Both the position numbers and the translations under genes were made by a program. This document shows, in pieces, positions 9,181-17,070 of a stretch of 64,000 nt of DNA. The stretch spans positions 704,001 to 768,000 of the forward strand of contig CAWJEN010000006.1 in NCBI GenBank assembly GCA_963841915.1. Reading direction: 5' to 3'. This DNA comes from an uncultured Planctomycetota bacterium. GTDB taxonomy: Bacteria; Planctomycetota; Phycisphaerae; Tepidisphaerales; Tepidisphaeraceae. The number at the start of each line of letters is the position of its first letter. Position 1 is the first letter of the stretch. The notes under the pieces were generated by a model. That model did no database searches. It was not told where the DNA came from and saw only the letters and a program-made list of their open reading frames with translations.

Positions 9181-9211
9181 CAGCACCCGCGGCATCACGC
9201 CGCGGGTGCTG
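9181..9211 (-). terminator. Intrinsic terminator downstream of tyrA (possibly bidirectional)
   Basis: Perfect 13-bp stem CAGCACCCGCGGC / GCCGCGGGTGCTG with a 5-nt loop, followed by GTTTTCGT on the minus strand. Confidence 0.7.
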
Positions 9212-9215
9212 TGCG

Positions 9216-10025
9216 TTACGCGCCTGCGTGTGCCTTGGCCTCGCCCAGCAGCTTCACAAGCATCGCGCGGTCCCCGGCACCGATCGCCTCGACCAGCCTG
9301 CCAAGCTCGGCCTGCATGGCTTCTGCCGCCTGCGCGATGGAGCCGCGGTTGTCGAGCAGGATGTCGGCCCATAGGTCTGCACTTCCGCCCGCCACGCGTG
9401 TCGTGTCGCGGAATCCCGGACCGCCGCGCGTGGCTCGCGTGCCTGCCGTCAGCCGCAGCGCGACAGCCGCCAGGTGGGGCAGGTGACTGACCGTCGCCAT
9501 CAGGTCGTCGTGCGCCTCTGCCGTCAGCGTCGCATCGACCCGGCAACCGAGCTGTCGCCAGAAGTCACCGCCGCGTCCGGTGGTGTCATTTATGACGTAG
9601 CACGTCGCGTCGTCGAAGAGGTCGACCCGCGCTGCCGACGGCCCGCCTTGATGCGAACCGGCCATCGGGTGGGCGGCGACGAAGCGGCCGGCTAAGCCAA
9701 CGTCTACCGCTGCGTGCAGGACAGACGACTTCGTGCTGAGCGTGTCGGTCACGATAGCGTCGGACGACACACGTGGGGCCACCTGCCTGAGCACCTCGGC
9801 CGCGGCACCCACCGGCGTCGCCACGACGACCACATCGGCCTCTGCGACGCCGTCCAGTGACGCCGCCGCTTCATGGAACCCGCCGAAATCTCGCGCGGCC
9901 TCTGCGACGCTGTGGTCGCGGTCATACCCGACGACGTGCCCCACGCCCGCCCGGCGTGCCGCCAACCCCACGCTCGTGCCGAGCAGGCCGGTGCCGATGA
10001 CGAAGACGGAGCTGGGCAGGACCAC
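9216..10025 (-). CDS. tyrA: Prephenate/arogenate dehydrogenase
   Basis: IGTGLLGTS, TDTLSTK, AHPMAGS, HDDLMATVSHLPH, GPGFRDTTRVA, LWADILLDN. Confidence 0.9.
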   Translation of the reverse strand: MVLPSSVFVIGTGLLGTSVGLAARRAGVGHVVGYDRDHSVAEAARDFGGFHEAAASLDGVAEADVVVVATPVGAAAEVLRQVAPRVSSDAIVTDTLSTKSSVLHAAVDVGLAGRFVAAHPMAGSHQGGPSAARVDLFDDATCYVINDTTGRGGDFWRQLGCRVDATLTAEAHDDLMATVSHLPHLAAVALRLTAGTRATRGGPGFRDTTRVAGGSADLWADILLDNRGSIAQAAEAMQAELGRLVEAIGAGDRAMLVKLLGEAKAHAGA

Positions 10026-10164
10026 GCATCACCCTAGAGACGGTGCCTTGTACCGGGCTGCGTTGTGTCCGACGCCTGCCCGTGTTGCCGCGTCGGTCGG
10101 CCGGTTCTAACGTGTCGGTGCCCGCGGGCGGGTTGAGCCCGCTACGCCAGCGGGCATTGAACGC

Positions 10165-11250
10165 ATGACTGCCACCCTTACCGAGCCGATGTCGTCTGCC
10201 GCGCCGTCGAGCAACGGGCAAAGCCAGTCGCACGCTGCCGATCGGCACGTGTTGCCTTTTGAAGAACCGGTCGCCGATCTCGAAACAAAGATTCTCGACC
10301 TCGATCGCCGCCAACGCCTCGAGGGCGGCGTCGATGTCTCTGCCGAGCTCAGCGAACTCCGCGACACCTACGCCCGGCTGCTCCGCAAGACCTACGACAA
10401 CCTCAGCGCCTGGCAAACGGTCCAGGTCGCAAGACACCCGCAAAGGCCGCTGTTCCTCGACTACGTGTCGATGCTCTGCCGCGAGTTCAAGGAAATTCAC
10501 GGCGACCGTCGGTACGGCGACGACCGTGCGATCCGCTGCGGCCTGGCCCGCATCGGTGGGCGGAAGGTCGTGCTCATCGGCCATCACAAAGGCCGCGACA
10601 CCAAAGAGCGTATCGAGTGCATGTTCGGCTGTGCCAACCCTGAGGGCTACCGCAAGGCTCTGCGGGCGATGAAGCTGGCCGAGAAGTTCAAGCTGCCGGT
10701 CGTCACGCTCGTCGACACGCCCGGTGCGTATCCGGGCGTCGGTGCCGAGGAGCGTGGCCAAGCCGAGAGCATCGCGGTCAACCTGATGGAGATGGCTCGG
10801 CTGCGGACGCCGATTGTCAGCGTCGTCATCGGCGAAGGTGGCAGCGGCGGGGCGCTTGGTCTTGCCGTCGCCGACGTTGTGGCCATGAGCCAGTACGCCT
10901 GGTACAGCGTCATCAGCCCCGAAGCCTGCAGCAGCATCCTATTCAAGGATGCAAGCCAGGCACCGCGGATGGCAGAGAGTCTGAAGCTCGTCAGCCGCGA
11001 CCTCATGCGGCTGGGCGTCATCGACGCGATCGTGCCCGAGCCCATCGGCGGGGCACACCGTGACCCGCTCGCCGCGGCCCACCAGTTGGAGCACTTCGTC
11101 ACCCGCTCGCTGCGTGATCTCGAGCGGCAGGGCAAGAAGGACATGGACGCGTTGCTCGAGCAGCGGTACCAGCGGTTCCGTCGGCTTGGCGACTTCACCG
11201 AGCCGGTGACCGACCAGGATCAGCCGCTCACTTTCACAGCAGCAGGCTGA
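10165..11250 (+). CDS. accA: Acetyl-CoA carboxylase carboxyltransferase alpha subunit
   Basis: LPFEEP, WQTVQVARHPQRP, PEGYRKALR, DTPGAYPGVGAEERGQ, GEGGSGGAL, YSVISPE. Confidence 0.97.
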   Translation: MTATLTEPMSSAAPSSNGQSQSHAADRHVLPFEEPVADLETKILDLDRRQRLEGGVDVSAELSELRDTYARLLRKTYDNLSAWQTVQVARHPQRPLFLDYVSMLCREFKEIHGDRRYGDDRAIRCGLARIGGRKVVLIGHHKGRDTKERIECMFGCANPEGYRKALRAMKLAEKFKLPVVTLVDTPGAYPGVGAEERGQAESIAVNLMEMARLRTPIVSVVIGEGGSGGALGLAVADVVAMSQYAWYSVISPEACSSILFKDASQAPRMAESLKLVSRDLMRLGVIDAIVPEPIGGAHRDPLAAAHQLEHFVTRSLRDLERQGKKDMDALLEQRYQRFRRLGDFTEPVTDQDQPLTFTAAG

Positions 11251-11891
11251 TGACCCCGCCTGATCCTGCGCAGCGGCCGAGTCGTCTGGCGCTGGTCGCG
11301 CTTATCGCGTCGAATCTCATCCCGCTCGTCGGTGTCGCAGCGTTCGGCTGGAGCGTCCGATCGCTCATGCTTCTTTACTGGGCGGAGAACATCGTGGTCG
11401 CGTTCTACGCGGTCCTGCGGATGGTCAAGGTCGGTGGCCTTGTCGCACTGCCGACGGCGGCGTTCTTCTGCATCCACTTCGGCATCTTCACCGTCGTGCA
11501 CGGCGTCTTTGTCTTCACGCTCACCGCACCCAACGGCCCGCTGGGCGGTGCGGCCGTCACCGCCGACTCAATGCCGTGGCTGGCGGTGTTGGGCCTCCTT
11601 GCCAGTCACGGCGTCTCCTTCGTCGTCAACTTTCTCATCGGTGGCGAATGGCGGACGAGCAATATCACTTTAGAAATGGGCAAGCCGTATCCGCGCATGA
11701 TCATCCTGCACGTCGCCATCGTCATTGGCGCGTTCTTTGTCATGGCGCTGGGACAGCCGGCGGCACTCCTGATTCTGCTCGTGATGCTCAAGACCGGGCT
11801 CGACGTCGTCGTCCACCTGACCGGGCACCGCATGCGGATGGCCGTCAAACCTCTACCCGCGCCAGCAGCAGCCACATCACTGCCGCAATGA
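11250..11891 (+). CDS. DUF6498-like integral membrane protein
   Basis: Multiple TM helices with NLIPLVG..GW, LLYWAEN, FFCIHFGIF..VH, SHGVSF, PYPRMIILH, LKT.LD. Confidence 0.7.
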   Translation: MTPPDPAQRPSRLALVALIASNLIPLVGVAAFGWSVRSLMLLYWAENIVVAFYAVLRMVKVGGLVALPTAAFFCIHFGIFTVVHGVFVFTLTAPNGPLGGAAVTADSMPWLAVLGLLASHGVSFVVNFLIGGEWRTSNITLEMGKPYPRMIILHVAIVIGAFFVMALGQPAALLILLVMLKTGLDVVVHLTGHRMRMAVKPLPAPAAATSLPQ

Positions 11892-12486
11892 GGCAGAGCA
11901 GCAACCCGAGGCCGATCCACTGCAAGGTGGTTGCGACCCAACGCCGCCGAACGGTGCGTTTCTTCAGGCGAACCGCGTAATCGGCAGGTAAGTCGATGCG
12001 GCTGTAGGCGGCGGCGATGCGTTGCAGCCACTGGCCGACATCATTGTCCGCCACCTCGCGGAGTGCCCGCAGCGCGCCTTCTCGGTGCGTCGTTGCAGCG
12101 GTCATGCTGCAGTCCATTGCGATGCCAAGCTGCCGATCCGTCAGGCCCGCCCCGCGGGACAAGAGCAACGCTTCCTGCTGCTGGCGGTTGAGCTTGCGAA
12201 GGGCGGCGACGGCGGCGTTCGTTGGCACGTCGGCGTCAGACGCCAACGGGTCGGCGGGCGACAGCGTCGCGCTCGGCAGCGGCTGGTCACGCAGCGTTTG
12301 CACCGTGTGCCTTGGAAACCACCGGTCCGCCTGGGCGTCGTCCGTCCAGGTTTCAGCGGCACTCTGGGCATGATCGACGACGACATCGACCACCTTGTGC
12401 CCCACGCTTTGCGACGCGGACAAACTCATCGCCAGCCGCCAGACGAACGGCAGGTGCGTCGACAACTGAGCTTGAAGCGGCTTCAC
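11845..12486 (-). CDS. Divergent ECF-sigma-like protein with C-terminal membrane anchor
   Basis: Region-2-like 'FVWRLAMSL...RWF', region-4-like 'ALRKLNRQQQEALLL..GAGLTDRQLGIAMDCS', then RRRW and a TM helix. TACGCT lies 6 nt before the GTG. Confidence 0.55.
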   Translation of the reverse strand: MKPLQAQLSTHLPFVWRLAMSLSASQSVGHKVVDVVVDHAQSAAETWTDDAQADRWFPRHTVQTLRDQPLPSATLSPADPLASDADVPTNAAVAALRKLNRQQQEALLLSRGAGLTDRQLGIAMDCSMTAATTHREGALRALREVADNDVGQWLQRIAAAYSRIDLPADYAVRLKKRTVRRRWVATTLQWIGLGLLLCLIAAVMWLLLARVEV

Positions 12487-12519
12487 TGGTGAAGCGTAGA
12501 ACAGGCGGTTTTCAGGCTG

Positions 12520-12533
12520 ATGATTCGAATCAT
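12520..12533. promoter_or_regulatory. Perfect 14-bp palindrome, candidate operator
   Basis: ATGATTCGAATCAT, about 35 nt upstream of the sigma-like gene start. Confidence 0.35.
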
Positions 12534-12597
12534 GCCACGCGTCATTAGGTGACAGATATAGGAGGCATCTGCTATCGGATGACTTAGCTCCGCGCCA

Positions 12598-14661
12598 TCA
12601 TGCAGTCGCTGAGACGATGGCGACGCCGAACGCTTCGAGGGTGCACCGCTGGCCCGCGTCGATGTCGCGGGTGAGTTCGCGTCCCGGTGGCAGGTCGACG
12701 TCGACCGCGTCAATGCCTTCGTTGAGGAAGAAGTGCAGCACGCGGCCGCCTTGTCCGACGCGACGGGTGTAACCGACGCGGGCGTCGAGGCGATCGGGCC
12801 TCAGTCGCTCGACGGATGAGGCCATCGCCGGCAGCAGGGCGTCTGCAACGTCGGCGGTGAGGTAGGTGCCGACGTAGACGACTCGGCCCTGGCCCACGGT
12901 GTGTCGCGTGACGGCCGCCTGTCCGGCGAACGGGCCGCCGAGCCACGTGGCGACGACGTCGGCGGTCGTGGGTTGCAGCAATTCGTACCAATGCTCCGCG
13001 GCGACGGGCGTATCTCCGACGCGGATGGTCATGCCGCGTCCGCCGGTGTTGAGGCGGCCGTACTCACTGACGGTCATGCCGCACAGGTCGCTCAGCACGC
13101 CCGGTCTGGACGCGCCGGTGAGATTGTTGTCGACATCGCGGCTGGCGGTGCGGGCCCCGACGACGAGCGTGCCACCTTGCTCGACCCATGTGCGGAGCGG
13201 CTCGACCCATGCCGGATCGAACGTCGTCCAGTGGGGAAGGACGTAGAGCCCGACGCCGGTGAGGTCGTCTGCCGGGTGGACGCAGCCCGGGGTCAGGCCC
13301 AGCCGCAGCATGGCGGCATGCGTGGTTTCGGCCATGTTGTCCGGAGACGGCAGGCCCAGCGTGTAGGCCAGGTACGCATCGGTCGCCGCCGTTCCTGCAG
13401 ACGCGACGGCGGCGTCAATTGCAACGCTCGTGTCCAGGACGGCCGGACCGACGCGTTGCAGTTCGCCGCCGAGGGTGGTCGCTTCCTCGAAGCGTCGGCG
13501 TCCGACGTTGTCGTGGTCGATGAGGCCAAGCCACGCTTGTTCTGCTCCGAAGCGACACGTTCGCCAGCGAAAGAAGAGCAAGCTGTCGGCTCCGCGTGCG
13601 ATGGAGCGGTAGCACTGCTGCCGCATCTCACCGGGCAGCGGTTGCTCGAGCATGTAGTCGTTTTGCCCGCCGGCCCCGGCCTGATGTTCAAGGACAATGA
13701 AGTTGCCGCTCGACGCGCGGACGCGGTCAATATTGAATGCGTGACCCGCCGCCCGGCCGTCGGGGCCGCTGAACATGGGATAGGTGTCGAACCCGAGTAC
13801 GTCGAGGTCTGCGGTGAAGGGGCCGCGGTAGTCGAGGTGGCCGAAGACGCCGTTGTGCGTGATCCACCAGGAGGGGTTGATCTCCCGCAGGATTTCAACC
13901 TGGTCCCGCTGGAAGCGCGACACGCCGTCGCTGAGGAAGCGGAAGTAGGCGGCCGCGTGGGCGGGGTTGGGGTACGTCGGCGCGTCAGGCTTGGGCAGCG
14001 TGACGTCGTCGAACGTGTCGAACTGCTGGCTCCAGAAGGCGGTGCCCCACGTGCGGTTGAGGGTGTCGATGTCGCCGTACGTCCGCTCGCACCAGCGGCA
14101 GAACGCGTTCGCCGCAGCGGCGGAGTAGTCCTCGCTGAAGCCGCAGTGGAACTCGTTGTCGGTCTGCCATCCGACGACGCTTTCATGACCGTCGAAGTGC
14201 TCGGCCATCGCCCTCGTGATCCGGCGACTTTCGCGGCGGAAGCCTTCGTGAAAATGGGACGCGTGCTGCCGACTGCCGTGGACGAAGGCGAGGCCTGTCG
14301 CATTCGTACGCACCATGTCCGGAAACTCATTGAGCAAGCGTCTAGGCGGCGTCGCGGTAGGGGTGCAAAGGATCGCAGAAATGCCGACCCGCGACAGCAG
14401 TTTCAGCGTCTCGTCGAAGAGCGAAAAGTCGTAGGAGCCGGGTGTCGGCTCCATGACGCTCCACGCGAATTCGCCCATGCGGACGACGTTCATCCCCGCC
14501 GCGGCCATGCGGTCGGCGTCGCGGGCGCGGGTGTCGGCGTCCCAGTGCTCGGGGTAGTAGCAGACGCCGTAGTGGAAGCGATCGAACGCCGACGGTCGTC
14601 GATGCGAAAGGCCGCCGCGTCCGAGCGGCGGGGACAGCTCATGGGAAAGCGGCGTCGTCAC
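12598..14661 (-). CDS. Beta-galactosidase, glycoside hydrolase family 42
   Basis: GVCYYPEHW, NVVRMGEFAWS..EP, LCTPTATPP, WQTDNE (acid/base), LNRTWGTAFWSQ, LEHQAG (nucleophile), FFRWR, trimerisation domain. Confidence 0.93.
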   Translation of the reverse strand: MTTPLSHELSPPLGRGGLSHRRPSAFDRFHYGVCYYPEHWDADTRARDADRMAAAGMNVVRMGEFAWSVMEPTPGSYDFSLFDETLKLLSRVGISAILCTPTATPPRRLLNEFPDMVRTNATGLAFVHGSRQHASHFHEGFRRESRRITRAMAEHFDGHESVVGWQTDNEFHCGFSEDYSAAAANAFCRWCERTYGDIDTLNRTWGTAFWSQQFDTFDDVTLPKPDAPTYPNPAHAAAYFRFLSDGVSRFQRDQVEILREINPSWWITHNGVFGHLDYRGPFTADLDVLGFDTYPMFSGPDGRAAGHAFNIDRVRASSGNFIVLEHQAGAGGQNDYMLEQPLPGEMRQQCYRSIARGADSLLFFRWRTCRFGAEQAWLGLIDHDNVGRRRFEEATTLGGELQRVGPAVLDTSVAIDAAVASAGTAATDAYLAYTLGLPSPDNMAETTHAAMLRLGLTPGCVHPADDLTGVGLYVLPHWTTFDPAWVEPLRTWVEQGGTLVVGARTASRDVDNNLTGASRPGVLSDLCGMTVSEYGRLNTGGRGMTIRVGDTPVAAEHWYELLQPTTADVVATWLGGPFAGQAAVTRHTVGQGRVVYVGTYLTADVADALLPAMASSVERLRPDRLDARVGYTRRVGQGGRVLHFFLNEGIDAVDVDLPPGRELTRDIDAGQRCTLEAFGVAIVSATA

Positions 14662-14712
14662 GCGCGCACGTTACGCCGGCTAAGGCCGATCGGCGGTAGT
14701 GGCGTAAGCGGA

Positions 14713-15366
14713 TCAGCTTGAGGCCAGCCGCTGCATCGCCGCCCGGTCGTCGGTGTTGAACGCTCCGTCTTCGTGGGCACACAGCTTGGCCACCCGCCGC
14801 ACGTGTCGCCCGCCGCTGAAGGCGGTCTCCAAGAACGTTTCGACCACGCGATAGAGCGTCTTTTCTCCAATAAGGTCAACGCCGACGCAAAGGGCGTTGC
14901 AGTGGTTGTGCTCCCGGGCGATGCGAGCGGTGATCTCGTCGTGGCAGGTAGCGGCTCGAATGCCACGCACCTTGTTGGCGGCGATGCCCATGCCGATACC
15001 ACTGCCGTCGAGCAGAATAGCGGCGTCGTAGTCACCTTCTGCCACCCGCACCGCCGCGGGAATGGCGTAATCCGGGTAGTCACAAGCTCTTGTGTCATCC
15101 TCGCAGCCGAAGTCGAGGATGACGCGGTCGGGCATGTCGCAACGAAGCCGGTCGAGTAATCGACACTTGGCTCTGAAGCCGCGGTGATCGCTGGCGACAA
15201 TGACGCGGGTTAGCACGCTTCCGGAGCCGTCGATGCCGTTATCGGCAAAGGCAGCCAGGGCACCGCCGTTGCTCTTGGAGCGTGAAGTTGGCAAAGCTGG
15301 GGCATCCGTTGCCGCCGCCGAGTAGGCCATAGCACTTTTGGTTGCCGACGTTGTCGTCTCGCTCAT
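14713..15366 (-). CDS. rpiB: RpiB/LacA/LacB family sugar-phosphate isomerase
   Basis: ASDHRG, DYPDYA, GSGIGMGIAANKVRGIRAA, AREHNHCNAL, FSGGRHVRRV. AGGAAAGGA lies upstream of the ATG at 15366. About 50-aa N-terminal extension. Confidence 0.88.
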   Translation of the reverse strand: MSETTTSATKSAMAYSAAATDAPALPTSRSKSNGGALAAFADNGIDGSGSVLTRVIVASDHRGFRAKCRLLDRLRCDMPDRVILDFGCEDDTRACDYPDYAIPAAVRVAEGDYDAAILLDGSGIGMGIAANKVRGIRAATCHDEITARIAREHNHCNALCVGVDLIGEKTLYRVVETFLETAFSGGRHVRRVAKLCAHEDGAFNTDDRAAMQRLASS

Positions 15367-15653
15367 CGTGGTCCTTTCCTTGGCCGCGTGTTGTTCCACT
15401 GAATCTTCTGCATCTCACCCCTATATCGGCCTTCGCAGCGGACGTCTGTGCTGTCGATTTCGCTCGCCGCCCATAGGCGGGGGCTTCACCATACCACAAG
15501 GTCACCGATGCTGTCGCCGCTGCATCTGCGACGGGCTGCTTGTGGATAGATGGTCAAGCCGTTCTGCCTGTACAGACACCCTTCCCCGCATCGGCGGGCG
15601 TGGCCTTGTCCGTTCTGGCATTCATGCAAGTTGTCCCGACACCACAGCGGATG

Positions 15654-16793
15654 TCAGCCCGCAAGCGCGGCAGCATCGTCAAGCCGCTTCTGAACAAGAC
15701 CTTCAAGGCGACCGGCCATGCGACGGTATGTCGCCGCGTCGCTGCCGATCGGGTCTTCGATATCGCCCTGAGGGTCGAGCATCATCGTCTTGTCTGCCGC
15801 CGACGGCACCATCGCCTCGACCATGTCACGGTGCCCACGCCCCATCGTGATGATGAGGTCTGCCCGGTTGATAAGGGCGACATCGACCGGCTGGCTGCGG
15901 TGGGAGCTGAGGTCACCGCCCAGGTCAGCCACCGCGTCCGCCGCGGCCGGGGTGGCCCGCATGCCCGGCATGGCACCGGTGCCTGCTGAAATGACTTCAA
16001 AACCCTTATCGCCGAGCGTTTCGACGGTCACGCCGAGTTTCTTGGCGAGAATCTTGCGACCCATCGCCATGGCCATCGGGCTGCGGCACGTGTTGCCGCT
16101 GCAGACGAAAAGCACGGTCGTTCGCAGCAGCCGCTCGACGATGCGTCGGTCGTAGATTCCCTCACGCACCACGTCCCAGGACGAGCCATCGGCACCAACA
16201 CGAATAACAGTGCTCGGCCGCGCATAACGCGTTGGGCCGGCATCGATCAGCAGGTTAACGCCCAACGGCTCGAGCTCTTCCACCGTTGGTGGCTTCGTCG
16301 CAGGCCCCTTCGGCAGCCCCGCACGCGTCAAGATGGTCGGCTGCCCCGCACCCCGAAGCACCTCACGCGCGAACGGATCATCCGGACATCGCAGCGTGAT
16401 GCGGCCGTCGTCGGCAAACAGCTCGCCCTCCGCAAGCCCCAGTGACTTCGCGGCGGCCTGACGTTTGGCTTCGTCCGGCTGCTCGAACACCAGGGCGACC
16501 GGTCCCGGCCACAGCTTCTGGACGAGCTTGCTGCCCGCTTCGCCTGGATCGATGTCGAATAACGACAGGTCAGTCGGTTCGGCCAGGTGGGGCGTCAGCG
16601 GACCCGTTGCACCGCCACGCAGCGTGGCTAGCGCGTCACGGGCGACGGCGACGTCGGGCTTGGCGGCCAGGCCGTAGACGGTTTCGGTCGGCAGGGCGAC
16701 GACGCCGCCCTCGCGTAGCACACCAGCCGCATCGGTGGCGGCCTGGCGGGGGTCGATCGTGTAGTCGTTTAAATCAACGCGGCGAATCGGCAT
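15654..16793 (-). CDS. Fusion of a TsaC/YrdC(Sua5)-like domain and a low-molecular-weight protein phosphatase (YwlE-like)
   Basis: N-terminal GGVVALPTETVYGLA, LWPGPVALV, LRCPD, PSTVI; C-terminal LFVCSGNTCRSPMA...SAG...HRSQ...ADLIITM...DIEDPIG. Confidence 0.9.
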   Translation of the reverse strand: MPIRRVDLNDYTIDPRQAATDAAGVLREGGVVALPTETVYGLAAKPDVAVARDALATLRGGATGPLTPHLAEPTDLSLFDIDPGEAGSKLVQKLWPGPVALVFEQPDEAKRQAAAKSLGLAEGELFADDGRITLRCPDDPFAREVLRGAGQPTILTRAGLPKGPATKPPTVEELEPLGVNLLIDAGPTRYARPSTVIRVGADGSSWDVVREGIYDRRIVERLLRTTVLFVCSGNTCRSPMAMAMGRKILAKKLGVTVETLGDKGFEVISAGTGAMPGMRATPAAADAVADLGGDLSSHRSQPVDVALINRADLIITMGRGHRDMVEAMVPSAADKTMMLDPQGDIEDPIGSDAATYRRMAGRLEGLVQKRLDDAAALAG

Positions 16794-16955
16794 GGTGGCG
16801 GCTGAGCGGGTGCGAACTGGCCCCGCACGCTAGGGACGCCAATCTTTCGGTACCGGGAGCAGGGGGTCAGGAGTCGCCCGCTCGGACCGCTTTCGATGTG
16901 CGGACGCATGCTGCCGCGGGCGACGCCTGAGCCCATTCGATCCGCCAGAGAAGTT

Positions 16956-17061
16956 GGTGCCACGGTCTCAGACGCCGTCTGCGGCGGGCAGACCGTGTCG
17001 GGCCTCGTGGCGTCACCGACACGGTTTGCCCGCATCGGAATGCGGCTCAAACCGTGGCACC
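16956..17061. repeat. Inverted REP-like doublet (REPIN-type hairpin)
   Basis: Outer IR GGTGCCACGGT (16956-16966) / ACCGTGGCACC (17051-17061); inner 18-bp IR 16984-17001 / 17016-17033. Each half is itself a CACGGT...ACCGTG palindrome with a GTGC foot. Confidence 0.7.
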
Positions 17062-17070
17062 TTCTCGGCC

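Noticed and set aside
9033..9215. SRP RNA (ffs), given proximity to recR
   Set aside because: The conserved domain-IV CAGG...GGAA...AGCAG signature is absent on both strands.
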